Of a stretch of DNA of 64,000 bases, positions 20,161-29,443 are shown piece after piece. The stretch is from Deltaproteobacteria bacterium (lineage in GTDB: Bacteria; Desulfobacterota; Desulfobacteria; Desulfobacterales; B30-G6): positions 44,213-108,212 of the forward strand of contig JAJDNW010000033.1 in the NCBI GenBank assembly GCA_022340465.1, in the 5' to 3' direction. A program made the translations under genes and the position numbers. Within the stretch, counting starts at the first letter, position 1, and every line of letters starts with the position of its first letter. The notes beneath the pieces were generated by a model. It was given only the letters and a program-made list of their open reading frames with translations, was not told where the DNA came from and searched no databases.

Positions 20161-21035
20161 TGGAAACCCAGTTAAAACTAGGCGTGCCCAAGGGCAGCCT
20201 GCAGAGTGCGACCATCGCCCTGTTCAAACGCTCCGGCTGGAAAATCAACGTAAACGGCCGGAGCTATTTTCCTGAAATCGACGACGACTCCATTTCGTGC
20301 GCTATATGCCGGGCGCAGGAAATGTCCCGCTACGTGGAAAACGGCACCCTGGAGGCGGGCCTGACCGGAAAAGACTGGATCGCCGAGAACCGGTCCGATG
20401 TGCATGTGGTGAGCGACCTGGTTTACTCAAAAGTGAGCGCACGTCCGGCCCGGTGGGTTCTGGCCGTTCCTTATCAGTCCGGCATCAATTCCATCGAGGA
20501 ACTGCATGGAAAAAAGATCGCCACGGAACTGGTGGCGTATACTCGCAGGTATTTCGAAAAAAAAGGCATTGACGTCAGCGTCGAATTTTCCTGGGGGGCT
20601 ACGGAGGCCAAGGTGGTTTCCGGTCTCGCCGATGCCATTGTCGAAGTGACGGAAACGGGCAGTACCATCAAGGCTCACGGCTTGCGCATCATCCACGAAC
20701 TGATGCAGACCAACACCCAGCTTATCGCCAACCACGAAGCCTGGAAACAGCCTGAAAAAAGAGCAAAGATAGAACAAATCGCCCTGCTGCTCAAGGGGGC
20801 GCTGCGGGGGGAGAAACTGGTGGGCCTTAAAATGAATGTGCCCGAGGCCAAATTGGAAAAAGTGATCTCCCAACTCCCCAGCTTGAATGCACCGACCATC
20901 GCCTCATTGTATCAAACCAACTGGTTTTCCGTGGAAACCGTGGTCAACACCAGCGTTGTCAGGGACCTCATTCCCGAGCTTCTGACGGCCGGTGCCGAGG
21001 GAATCATCGAATACCCCCTCAACAAGGTCGTATAA
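20160..21035 (+). CDS. hisG: ATP phosphoribosyltransferase (long form)
   Basis: LKLGVPKGSLQ start, 291 aa with a C-terminal regulatory domain. Its start coincides with the last base of the hisI stop codon. Confidence 0.9.
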   Translation: METQLKLGVPKGSLQSATIALFKRSGWKINVNGRSYFPEIDDDSISCAICRAQEMSRYVENGTLEAGLTGKDWIAENRSDVHVVSDLVYSKVSARPARWVLAVPYQSGINSIEELHGKKIATELVAYTRRYFEKKGIDVSVEFSWGATEAKVVSGLADAIVEVTETGSTIKAHGLRIIHELMQTNTQLIANHEAWKQPEKRAKIEQIALLLKGALRGEKLVGLKMNVPEAKLEKVISQLPSLNAPTIASLYQTNWFSVETVVNTSVVRDLIPELLTAGAEGIIEYPLNKVV

Positions 21036-22178
21036 ATGGTTGCCAAACGCGCCGCTCAAATAAAGCCTTTTATTGTTATGGATGTCCTCGAGAGAGCCTG
21101 CGACCTGGAATGCAGGGGCGAGGACATCGTTCACCTCGAAGTGGGCGAGCCGGATTTCGACACCCCGAATTGCGTCAAAAAAGCGGCTGTCGCCGCCATC
21201 GATGAGGGGTTTACCCATTACACCCACAGCCTGGGCCTTCTGGAGCTGCGTGAAGCGATCGGTGAATATTACCACCGGACCTACCGGGTGAAAGTCGAAC
21301 CGGAGCAGGTTCTGGTGACGTCGGGAACGTCACCGGCGATCTTCATGCTGTTCGCCGCCCTGCTGGAAGCCGGCGACGAGGTCATCCTTTCGAATCCGCA
21401 CTACGCCTGTTACCCCAATTTCATTCGCTTCGTACAGGGCGAACCCGTCATGGTGCCGGTATTCGAAGAGGACGGTTTTCAATATCGGCCGCAAGCGATC
21501 GAAAAAAAGATCTCACCCAGAACAAAGGCGATATTCATCAATTCGCCTTCCAACCCAACGGGCAATTTGTTGTCGGAAAAACGCATGCGGGCGATCGCGG
21601 CACTCGGGCCCTATATCGTATCCGACGAAATTTACCATGGGCTGGTATATGAAGGGCAGGCCCATTCCATCCTCGAATATACCGACAGGGCGTTCGTACT
21701 CAATGGGTTTTCAAAGCTTTTTGCCATGACCGGGCTCCGCCTGGGCTACGTGATCGCGCCGCCCGAGTTTATTCGCCCGATCCAGAAAATTCACCAGAAC
21801 TTTTTTATTTCCGCCAACGCCATGGTGCAAAAAGCGGGTATCGCCGCCTTGAGAGAGGCCGGCCAAGATGTCCGGCGCATGCAGGCAACCTACGACAAAC
21901 GACGACGATTCATGATTCAGCGGCTTAAGGAGTTGGGGTTCGGCATAACGGTCGAGCCGACCGGGGCCTTCTATGTTTTCGCCAACGCGCGACATATAGG
22001 CGACGACTCCTACGCCCTCGCTTTCGAGATACTTGAAAAAGCCCGTGTCGGCGTTGCCCCCGGGATCGATTTTGGATCCTGCGGTGAAGGATATCTGCGC
22101 TTTTCCTATGCCAATTCTCTGGAAAACATTGCCGAGGGCATGCGGCGTCTGGAAAACTATATCGACAAGAAAAAATAG
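21036..22178 (+). CDS. class I/II PLP-dependent aminotransferase (AspC-like)
   Basis: 380 aa. NPSNPTG and FSKLFAMTGLRLGY (PLP-lysine region). Starts immediately after the hisG stop. Confidence 0.85.
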   Translation: MVAKRAAQIKPFIVMDVLERACDLECRGEDIVHLEVGEPDFDTPNCVKKAAVAAIDEGFTHYTHSLGLLELREAIGEYYHRTYRVKVEPEQVLVTSGTSPAIFMLFAALLEAGDEVILSNPHYACYPNFIRFVQGEPVMVPVFEEDGFQYRPQAIEKKISPRTKAIFINSPSNPTGNLLSEKRMRAIAALGPYIVSDEIYHGLVYEGQAHSILEYTDRAFVLNGFSKLFAMTGLRLGYVIAPPEFIRPIQKIHQNFFISANAMVQKAGIAALREAGQDVRRMQATYDKRRRFMIQRLKELGFGITVEPTGAFYVFANARHIGDDSYALAFEILEKARVGVAPGIDFGSCGEGYLRFSYANSLENIAEGMRRLENYIDKKK

Positions 22179-22253
22179 AATCACGAAGCCGTGCAATTAA
22201 AAAGCACGCAATGAATGCTCTTTTTCGTGTTTTCGACCGTTCGTTATTTCGTG

Positions 22254-22877
22254 ATGAAAGATCGCATATTACCCGTGTTTACACACATCACATCAGCCGA
22301 ATTCGTCACCAGCGCCGTCAAACCGTCCCAGTACCCGCCGCCGGAATTTCCGGAAATTGCATTCTCCGGAAGGTCCAATGTGGGAAAATCATCCTTGATC
22401 AATGCCCTGGTCAACCGCCGCAACTTGGTAAAAACCAGCCGCACGCCGGGCCGCACGCAGTTGATTAATTTTTTTCTGATCGAGGGGGCCCTTTCCTTGG
22501 TGGATCTGCCGGGATACGGGTATGCCAGGGTACCGGCCGCCGTGAAAAAAAAATGGGGGCCCATGATCGAAACCTATCTGTCCACCCGCAGCTCACTGAA
22601 GGGAGTCGTTCTGATCATGGATATTCGCCGCACGCCCGGGACGGAGGAGTTGAACTTTATCGACTGGCTGGATAGAGAGCACCTTGCATCTCTTCTGGTT
22701 GTTACAAAAGCCGACAAGCTTTCGAAAGCGCAGCAGAACAATCAACGGCGGGTGATCGCCCAAACCGTTCGAAGGCGCACGGAAGACCTGATCCTGTTTT
22801 CCGCAAAAACCAAGCAGGGAAAAGCAAGCGTCTGGCAGGCCATTCAAAGAATCGCCGCGGGTGACAAAAATGGCTGA
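22254..22877 (+). CDS. engB: ribosome-biogenesis GTPase EngB/YsxC/YihA
   Basis: G1 GRSNVGKSS, G3 DLPGYG, G4 TKADK. Confidence 0.85.
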   Translation: MKDRILPVFTHITSAEFVTSAVKPSQYPPPEFPEIAFSGRSNVGKSSLINALVNRRNLVKTSRTPGRTQLINFFLIEGALSLVDLPGYGYARVPAAVKKKWGPMIETYLSTRSSLKGVVLIMDIRRTPGTEELNFIDWLDREHLASLLVVTKADKLSKAQQNNQRRVIAQTVRRRTEDLILFSAKTKQGKASVWQAIQRIAAGDKNG

Positions 22878-23763
22878 CGAGGACTTCAAATCAGGATTCG
22901 TCGCCATACTGGGCGCACCCAACGTTGGGAAATCCACCCTTCTCAACCGGCTGCTTGGTCGAAAAATTTCCATTACTTCTAAAAAACCGCAGACCACCCG
23001 CAACCGCATTCTGGGTATCCTGCACCGCGAGAAGTCCCAGCTCGTGTTTCTCGACACGCCCGGTGTGCACCGGGCCAAACAACCGCTGAACGTCCGCATC
23101 GTCGACGTGGCGTTGTCCGTGCTGGAAGACGTGGACCTGATCCTGCTGGTAGCCGACGCAACGGCCCCTAATCCCGAGTCCGAAGGCATTTTGATCAAGG
23201 CTGTGAAAAACACCCGGACAACGGTGATACTGGCCCTCAACAAAATCGACCTGTTGAAAAAAAGCGCCCTGCTTTCACAAATAGACCACTGGCGGAAAGC
23301 CTACCCTTTCGAAGCGGTCATTCCCATATCAGCCAAACAGGGAACCCAAGTGGAGGCCTTGACAGCAGCCATGGAAGAGGGACTGCCTCCCGGCCCGCCG
23401 CTGTTCCCGGAAGATGCCCTCACGGACATGCCGGAACGGTTTATCGCCGCGGAACTGATTCGGGAAAAAGCCTTCCGCCTGACCGGTCAGGAAATTCCGT
23501 ATGCCGTGGCCGTGACCGTGGACCGGTTCATCGAAAAAAAAGGGGGGGGCCTGATTGCCATCGACGCCACCATCCACGTTGAACGCAATTCGCAGAAAGG
23601 CATTTTGATCGGCAAAAAAGGCAGTAAACTCAAACAGATCGGAGAAGATGCCCGCAAGGAGATCGAACGCATGGTGGGCACCAGGGTTTTTCTGAAGCTT
23701 TTCGTCAGGGTTCAGAAGAATTGGAGCAGGGACACCAAGGCACTGCGACGCTTCGGCTACTAG
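22870..23763 (+). CDS. era: GTPase Era
   Basis: G1 GAPNVGKST, G3 DTPG, G4 NKID, C-terminal KH domain. ATG 22870 overlaps the engB end by 8 nt. Confidence 0.9.
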   Translation: MADEDFKSGFVAILGAPNVGKSTLLNRLLGRKISITSKKPQTTRNRILGILHREKSQLVFLDTPGVHRAKQPLNVRIVDVALSVLEDVDLILLVADATAPNPESEGILIKAVKNTRTTVILALNKIDLLKKSALLSQIDHWRKAYPFEAVIPISAKQGTQVEALTAAMEEGLPPGPPLFPEDALTDMPERFIAAELIREKAFRLTGQEIPYAVAVTVDRFIEKKGGGLIAIDATIHVERNSQKGILIGKKGSKLKQIGEDARKEIERMVGTRVFLKLFVRVQKNWSRDTKALRRFGY

Positions 23764-23884
23764 ATTGGTTGTCAAAAAAATACGGACCTATAACCAATAA
23801 CAAGGTAAAAGCCTGCCTGCCGGGGCGATATTATTTCTCGGCGATCGTCGTGCCTTATTTTGGGTTATAGACCCGAAAAAATAT
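23764..23884. repeat. palindromic intergenic element, copy 1 (between convergent era and CGGC genes)
   Basis: Arms ACGGACCTATAACCAATAACAAGG (23782-23805) and CCTTATTTTGGGTTATAGACCCG (23853-23875) flank the core AAAGCCTGCCTGCCGGGG. Co-linear with 42423-42553. Confidence 0.6.
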
Positions 23885-23924
23885 CCGCTTCGAACGCACG
23901 GCTGCCCAAAAGCCCTGAAGCCGC

Positions 23925-24341
23925 CTATTGCCGGTAGGTGCCCTTACGCCGCAACGTTTCCGAATTTTCGCTGATGTAGGTATCTTCCACCAGATCGAGA
24001 GACAGCTTGTTCCTGATAAGGGACTTCAGGTAGTCCAGGTGCGGGCACGGCAACGCATGGTAATTGTCCTTGGTGATACATGAAGCCAGGTGGACGACGA
24101 TCTCCTTTTTGGACACCTTTTCCACCTTTTTCAACATTCGAACAAGATCGCTGAGCTTGCGGTGCACCGCCCGGCCGCAGCACCCGCCGCACGTCACGTA
24201 GAGGGTGCGGTACGGCTTTTCCGGCGCGTAGGAGGCAAAACCGCCCGTGCGGTTATTGAAAGCGTGTTCACATAAAAACCCGGAACACCGTTCCATGACG
24301 ATGTCGCATTGAACTACCACGATATAGCTTTTTTCCTGCAT
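23925..24341 (-). CDS. CGGC domain-containing protein
   Basis: 138 aa, TCGGCCGRAV motif plus additional Cys pairs (MERCSGFLC). Confidence 0.75.
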   Translation of the reverse strand: MQEKSYIVVVQCDIVMERCSGFLCEHAFNNRTGGFASYAPEKPYRTLYVTCGGCCGRAVHRKLSDLVRMLKKVEKVSKKEIVVHLASCITKDNYHALPCPHLDYLKSLIRNKLSLDLVEDTYISENSETLRRKGTYRQ

Positions 24342-24622
24342 GCTTTTCCTTAACTTCTATCTTCTATTGATTGACAGCCGATGTTCACTGATTATTTATT
24401 ATGTATCAATATTTGCCGGGATTGTGTAGTTTTTTTCAGAAAAAGAACAATTTATCCGACAATTACACGCCCATAAAACAGGGTGCCGGCAGACCGAAAA
24501 ATCCACAACTTTTTATAATAATTGATTTTTTCATGTTGCCACTATCAATGGCATTATAATTGCAGATATGTGTCGCATGGTTTCATAAAGACACCGTGAC
24601 AAAAATAAGGATCGATCAAGAT

Positions 24623-25255
24623 ATGAAGAACTTTTTACAACACCACGTGATTATTCCCGCGCTGGTTGCAGGCATCATCGCCCTGCCCGCAGCCGTCACC
24701 GTTCATCAGAACTACCCGTTGGACAAAGGACGCCTTGCGATGGCCAGCGCGGTGATGAGTTCCAAGATTGCCGATGCATACCTTCCGCACCCATCGAAAA
24801 AACCAACGGTCGCAGTCGACCGGCGGCCGGAAAGCAAACCGAAGCAGCCCTTTGAACGGATTATCAACCAGGCCGCCACCACCCACAAAGTGGATCCTGC
24901 CCTGATAAAAGCCATTATCATGGCGGAATCCAGATACAACCCCAGGGCGGTATCGAAACGCGGCGCGATAGGGTTGATGCAGCTGATGCCGGTGACCGCG
25001 AAATGGCTGGGCGTGGAGGACAGCTTCGACCCGGAAGAGAACATCAACGGCGGCGTTATGTACTTTCGAAAACTGCTGGACCGCTTCGATGGCGACATCA
25101 AGCTTGCCCTGGCTGCCTACAATGCCGGCAGCCGCTATGTGCGCAAGTACGGCGGTGTTCCGCCGTTCCGGCAGACCCAGACCTATATTTTCAAGGTTTT
25201 CAAATACCAGCGGCAGTTTAGGCAGGAAAGCACAAAAGCCGATAAAATGGCCTAG
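24623..25255 (+). CDS. lytic transglycosylase (SLT domain)
   Basis: N-terminal TM/signal segment. ESRYNPRAVSKRGAIGLMQLM and AAYNAG motifs. ATG 24623 preferred over TTG 24560. Confidence 0.8.
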   Translation: MKNFLQHHVIIPALVAGIIALPAAVTVHQNYPLDKGRLAMASAVMSSKIADAYLPHPSKKPTVAVDRRPESKPKQPFERIINQAATTHKVDPALIKAIIMAESRYNPRAVSKRGAIGLMQLMPVTAKWLGVEDSFDPEENINGGVMYFRKLLDRFDGDIKLALAAYNAGSRYVRKYGGVPPFRQTQTYIFKVFKYQRQFRQESTKADKMA

Positions 25256-25320
25256 TATACTGAAAGCAAACCAATTTTCAGATTATCGAGGGCCGTCGAG
25301 TCTCTTGAAGCGGGTAGAAA

Positions 25321-25833
25321 TCATTCCGGTGATGAGAACGTGCGGCTCAATTCGTTCAAGGATTCGCCGGCTATGCGAAAAACCGTCCACGCGTCCATGG
25401 GTACCGCCTTCAGCGACTTGTAAAAATCGATGGCCGGTGTGTTCCAGTCCAGCACCCACCACTCCAGGCGACCGCACCCCCTCTTTATGGCCAGGTGTCC
25501 CAGATAGGCAAGCAGGCACTTTCCCAGCCCCTTGCCCCGGTAGGCGGGTTTGACAAAGAGGTCTTCAAGGTAGATGCCCGGCCGCCCCAAAAAAGTGGAA
25601 AAATTATGAAAGAAAAGCGCGAAGGCTACCGGATCACCCCCGTATTCTCCTATCAGCACCTCCGCTGTGCGCCGTTCTCCGAAAAGATTTTCTCTAAGCA
25701 AGCCTTCCGTGGCCACCACTTCGTGTGACAGGTGTTCATATTCCGCCAGCTCACGGACAAAGGTTAAAATCAGCGCCGCATCGTCTGGTTCTGCCTCGCG
25801 AATGATAAAATTCTCGATCGTTGTCGCTACCAC
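25321..25833 (-). CDS. GNAT family N-acetyltransferase
   Basis: 170 aa, acetyl-CoA loop YRGKGLGKCLL. Confidence 0.8.
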   Translation of the reverse strand: MVATTIENFIIREAEPDDAALILTFVRELAEYEHLSHEVVATEGLLRENLFGERRTAEVLIGEYGGDPVAFALFFHNFSTFLGRPGIYLEDLFVKPAYRGKGLGKCLLAYLGHLAIKRGCGRLEWWVLDWNTPAIDFYKSLKAVPMDAWTVFRIAGESLNELSRTFSSPE

Positions 25834-25855
25834 CGATTGTCACCGTAACACGCGT

Positions 25856-26200
25856 TCATAGGCCCTCCCACCCGGCCTTATCCAGGTCCACCCGCCCCTG
25901 TTCATCGAAGTGAACCCCTTCCGCCTCAAGAAGAAGCCGCTGCATCATATCCCTTTCACCGTTGGCGCGGATGCTGATCATGCCCCGGCTGTTGATGACC
26001 CTGTGCCAGGGGATATCCCTTCCTTCGGGGGTGGCGGCCATGGCAAAGCCCACCATTCTGGGCGTACAGCGATCGATGTAGCCGGCAATCTGTCCGTAGG
26101 TCGCCACTTGTCCAGCCGGAATCAGGCCTACCAGTTCATAGACACGCTCGTAGCGACTGTCGCCATGCGGCGGAAAATTTTTCGGTGTTGGGGGCGGCAT
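25856..26200 (-). CDS. alkyltransferase-like (ATL) protein, MGMT DNA-binding domain without the acceptor Cys
   Basis: YGQIAGYI helix and IPWHRVIN, where MGMT has PCHRV. Confidence 0.75.
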   Translation of the reverse strand: MPPPTPKNFPPHGDSRYERVYELVGLIPAGQVATYGQIAGYIDRCTPRMVGFAMAATPEGRDIPWHRVINSRGMISIRANGERDMMQRLLLEAEGVHFDEQGRVDLDKAGWEGL

Positions 26201-26712
26201 CAGCCGTCGCCGCCCTTTTCCGGATCAGTCGGTTCAAAACGGGAAAGGGGCACATTTTTGCGGACCCGGTCGTGAGGAAAGATCCGGCCGTTCATGGCAA
26301 TGTAAATCCCGGGTGCAAGGGTCTGGACCGCGGCAATGGCACAGCCGATATTGAAAACAGCATCACTGTCTTTAAACAGGGCCGGCTCCAGGGCGCCCGT
26401 CAATACCACGGTCTTGCCTTTTATATCCGCCAGGCTTCGTGCGGTTGCAACCATGGTGTCCGTACCGTGGGTGATGACGATCTTATCAGCCGGCTCATGA
26501 GCTACGGCAGCGTGGATGATGTCTCTGTCTTGCGACGTCAGGTCCAAACTGTCCTTGCGCATTACTGACTGGACGGCGTACTCGAAGCCCAGGTTCAAAC
26601 TATCCAACACCGTGAGAATGTTCGGCGGACCCACCTGGTAATCGCTTTTGGCATCGAAATACACCTTGTCAATCGTCCCACCGGCTGCCAGAAATTTAAT
26701 AAACACAAGCAC
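26200..26712 (-). CDS. short asparaginase-domain protein
   Basis: AAGGTIDK and ITHGTDTM motifs of the asparaginase N-terminal domain, 170 aa. Confidence 0.65.
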   Translation of the reverse strand: MLVFIKFLAAGGTIDKVYFDAKSDYQVGPPNILTVLDSLNLGFEYAVQSVMRKDSLDLTSQDRDIIHAAVAHEPADKIVITHGTDTMVATARSLADIKGKTVVLTGALEPALFKDSDAVFNIGCAIAAVQTLAPGIYIAMNGRIFPHDRVRKNVPLSRFEPTDPEKGGDG

Positions 26713-26740
26713 CTCCCGCCATACCTTCGCTACGGGATTT

Positions 26741-27592
26741 TTATTTTATAAAGGTGCCTTCCCGGAATTCCCTGAAGGCCGTCTCCAGTTCCGCCTGGGT
26801 ATTCATGACAATGGGGCCGCGCCAGGCCACCGGCTCTTTCAGCGGCTTTCCTGAAACCAGAATAAAGCGCAGCCCCTCCTCTCCGGCATCCGCCTCCACA
26901 TGGTCTCCGTCGTCGAACAGCACCAGGGTTTCCTCATGAACGCGCACCGCTTCGTCACCGCTGAAAAAAGCGCTGCCTTGGATCACATACACAAACAGCG
27001 TATGACCCGGTTCGACCGGATGCCGGTATTTCTTCCCGGCCGGTATGTAAATGTCCAGGTATTGCGGTTCGATGACGATGTCCTGCACGGGGCCTGTGAC
27101 GTCATTGACCTCACCACAGATGATCTTTACCCGGACCCCGCCATCCAGCTTGACTTCCGGGATGTCCGCCGCCTTGATGTCCCTGTACCGTGGGGCCATC
27201 ATTTTTTGAGAAGCGGGCAGGTTGGCCCATAGCTGAAACCCCCACATCAACCCGCGCGCGTTGCCCTGGGGCATTTCCTGATGAACCACGCCACTGCCGG
27301 CCGTCATCCACTGGATGTCTCCCGAACCGATAACACCCCGGTTGCCCATGCTGTCACCATGTTCGATATCCCCGTGGAGCACATAGGTGATGGTCTCGAT
27401 GCCGCGATGGGGATGCCAGGGAAACCCCTTGATATAGTGCTCAGGGTTGTCGGAATGGAAATCATCCAACAAAAGGAAAGGGTCCAGCGCCGGCGCTTCG
27501 CTGAAACCAAAGGCCCGTTTGAGATGAACCCCGGCGCCTTCGATGGTGGGTTTGCTTCTAAAGGTCGTTTTTATGTTTCTTACCCTGTCCAC
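26741..27592 (-). CDS. pirin family protein
   Basis: Bicupin. FPWHPHRGIETITYVLHGDIEHGD metal-binding motif. Confidence 0.85.
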   Translation of the reverse strand: MDRVRNIKTTFRSKPTIEGAGVHLKRAFGFSEAPALDPFLLLDDFHSDNPEHYIKGFPWHPHRGIETITYVLHGDIEHGDSMGNRGVIGSGDIQWMTAGSGVVHQEMPQGNARGLMWGFQLWANLPASQKMMAPRYRDIKAADIPEVKLDGGVRVKIICGEVNDVTGPVQDIVIEPQYLDIYIPAGKKYRHPVEPGHTLFVYVIQGSAFFSGDEAVRVHEETLVLFDDGDHVEADAGEEGLRFILVSGKPLKEPVAWRGPIVMNTQAELETAFREFREGTFIK

Positions 27593-27747
27593 GTAACACC
27601 TCCGGTTTACGGGCAGGAGCCGCCCGGATTATTTCCGGGTCCTGCCTGAAATGATGGAAAACGGTAGACGACGCCCACGAAACGACGTAACCGCGCGATG
27701 GGACTGCCAGGGAAACGGCCGGCAACCACGCGGTCAACAAAGGCCGG

Positions 27748-28647
27748 TCAGCCAATATTGTAAAACGCCGACGCATTTTCCCCCAGGATTTTAGATAGCG
27801 CTTCCGGCGCCAGTGAATGCGCCATGAGCTTTTTCAACTCCCGATCCCAGGCATAGGGAATATTGGGAAAATCCGTTCCATACATGATCCGGTCCGTGCG
27901 CAATTCAGCCAGGCGGATCTCCCGGTCCAGAGGAAAAAAGTCTCCAAGGGCCATGGTCGTATCCAGCCACAGCGTGTCGTATGTCTCTATCAGCCGGCCA
28001 TAGGCGTCGAACTCGTTCATCCCCAGGTGGGGCACACAGATTTTCAGCTCCGGAAATGTTTTCAATATCGCTTCAAGTTTGGCGGCGCTGCACAACTGAT
28101 AGGGGTCACAATTATAGGCCGGGCTTACCGGTTCGCGGCCGGCATGAATCACCATGGGTTTACCCTCCCGGGCGCAAATATCACAGACGGCATACAGCTC
28201 CCTGCTGCCCATGTCGAAGCACTGTACATGCGTGTGCAGCTTCACCCCCGACAAGCCCATGTCGAACGCTTCCACCAGTACGGCCTCGCTATCCGGTTCG
28301 CCGGGAAAAACCGTGGCCATCCCGGTCACCTGGCCGGAAAAACGCCGGCACAAACCTGCCATGTAGCGGTTCAACTCTACGGCGATGCCCCCTTTGTGCG
28401 CATACTGCAGGGCCACCACGTGGGCAACCCCCCGCGACAACAGGTATTGGATCAGGTCCTCGGACTCCATCTGGTAACGGATGGGCCAGGCATGTTCCCC
28501 GAACCATCCCCACACGGCTTCGAAAAGGGTTTTTGGAAAAACGTGCACATGGGCATCCACGATGGCGGGAGCACCGCCAGGGACCCTTTCACCTTCAGCA
28601 TCTTCCATGGCGGAAAGCGTATGCATCGACCAGGAATTAGTCGGCAT
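27748..28647 (-). CDS. amidohydrolase-2 family hydrolase
   Basis: VDAHVHVF, HAGREP and GTDFPN motifs. Start ATG 28647 (SD-like GAAAGG upstream). The track start 28689 would overlap the upstream gene by 53 nt. Confidence 0.7.
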   Translation of the reverse strand: MPTNSWSMHTLSAMEDAEGERVPGGAPAIVDAHVHVFPKTLFEAVWGWFGEHAWPIRYQMESEDLIQYLLSRGVAHVVALQYAHKGGIAVELNRYMAGLCRRFSGQVTGMATVFPGEPDSEAVLVEAFDMGLSGVKLHTHVQCFDMGSRELYAVCDICAREGKPMVIHAGREPVSPAYNCDPYQLCSAAKLEAILKTFPELKICVPHLGMNEFDAYGRLIETYDTLWLDTTMALGDFFPLDREIRLAELRTDRIMYGTDFPNIPYAWDRELKKLMAHSLAPEALSKILGENASAFYNIG

Positions 28648-29419
28648 GGCCTGCCTTTCCGGTAAGATACCGATGAATCCAGGCGGCAATCACGTTTCCC
28701 ACATAACCGACATCCCGCTCATCCATCAGCAGGTGGTCGGCCTTGTCGAGGGACACGAAGGTCTTGGGATGGCGGGCCGCCTGAAAAATCATGGCGGCAT
28801 TCTCGATGCCCACGGTGTCATCCATTGGGGCATGAAAAATGATCAGCGCCCGGTTCAGGTTCTCTATAGCCGCCGCCATGCGGCTGCGGCTCAAATCGTC
28901 AAGAAACTGCTTCTTGATCTTGAATGGACGCCCCCCTAAGTCCACCACCGCCTCGCCCTTTGCTTGAATCTCTTCCATACGGTCTTTCAAGTGCCGTATC
29001 ACGTGCCCCGGATCCGCCGGCGTTCCGATGGTGGCCACGACTTTTGCCGACGGAATGTCGGCGGCCGCCTGCAGCATTGCCGCTCCGCCCAGGGAGTGTC
29101 CGATGAGAACATCCGGCGCCCGGAATTCGGATGCCATAAATGCGCTGGCGGCCACCAAGTCCTCGACATTGGAGGAAAAATTGGTTTCCGAAAAATCCCC
29201 TTCGCTCTCACCGAGGCCGGTAAAATCGAAGCGCATGACCCCGACGCCCTCCTGTTTTAACGCCCGGCCAAGATAAGCGGCCGATTTTAGGTTTTTCGTA
29301 CACGTAAAACAGTGGGCAAAGAGCGCGTACGCAACCGGTGCCGATGCTTCCGGCAGGTCTAAATAGCCGGCAAGCCTGTGGTTGCTGCTGCCCGTGAAAT
29401 GAACTCTTTTTGACGTCAT
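28637..29419 (-). CDS. alpha/beta hydrolase
   Basis: Nucleophile elbow GHSLGG, 260 aa. Confidence 0.75.
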   Translation of the reverse strand: MTSKRVHFTGSSNHRLAGYLDLPEASAPVAYALFAHCFTCTKNLKSAAYLGRALKQEGVGVMRFDFTGLGESEGDFSETNFSSNVEDLVAASAFMASEFRAPDVLIGHSLGGAAMLQAAADIPSAKVVATIGTPADPGHVIRHLKDRMEEIQAKGEAVVDLGGRPFKIKKQFLDDLSRSRMAAAIENLNRALIIFHAPMDDTVGIENAAMIFQAARHPKTFVSLDKADHLLMDERDVGYVGNVIAAWIHRYLTGKAGHAD

Positions 29420-29443
29420 GTTATTTTCCCGCTTGCCGGCCCA

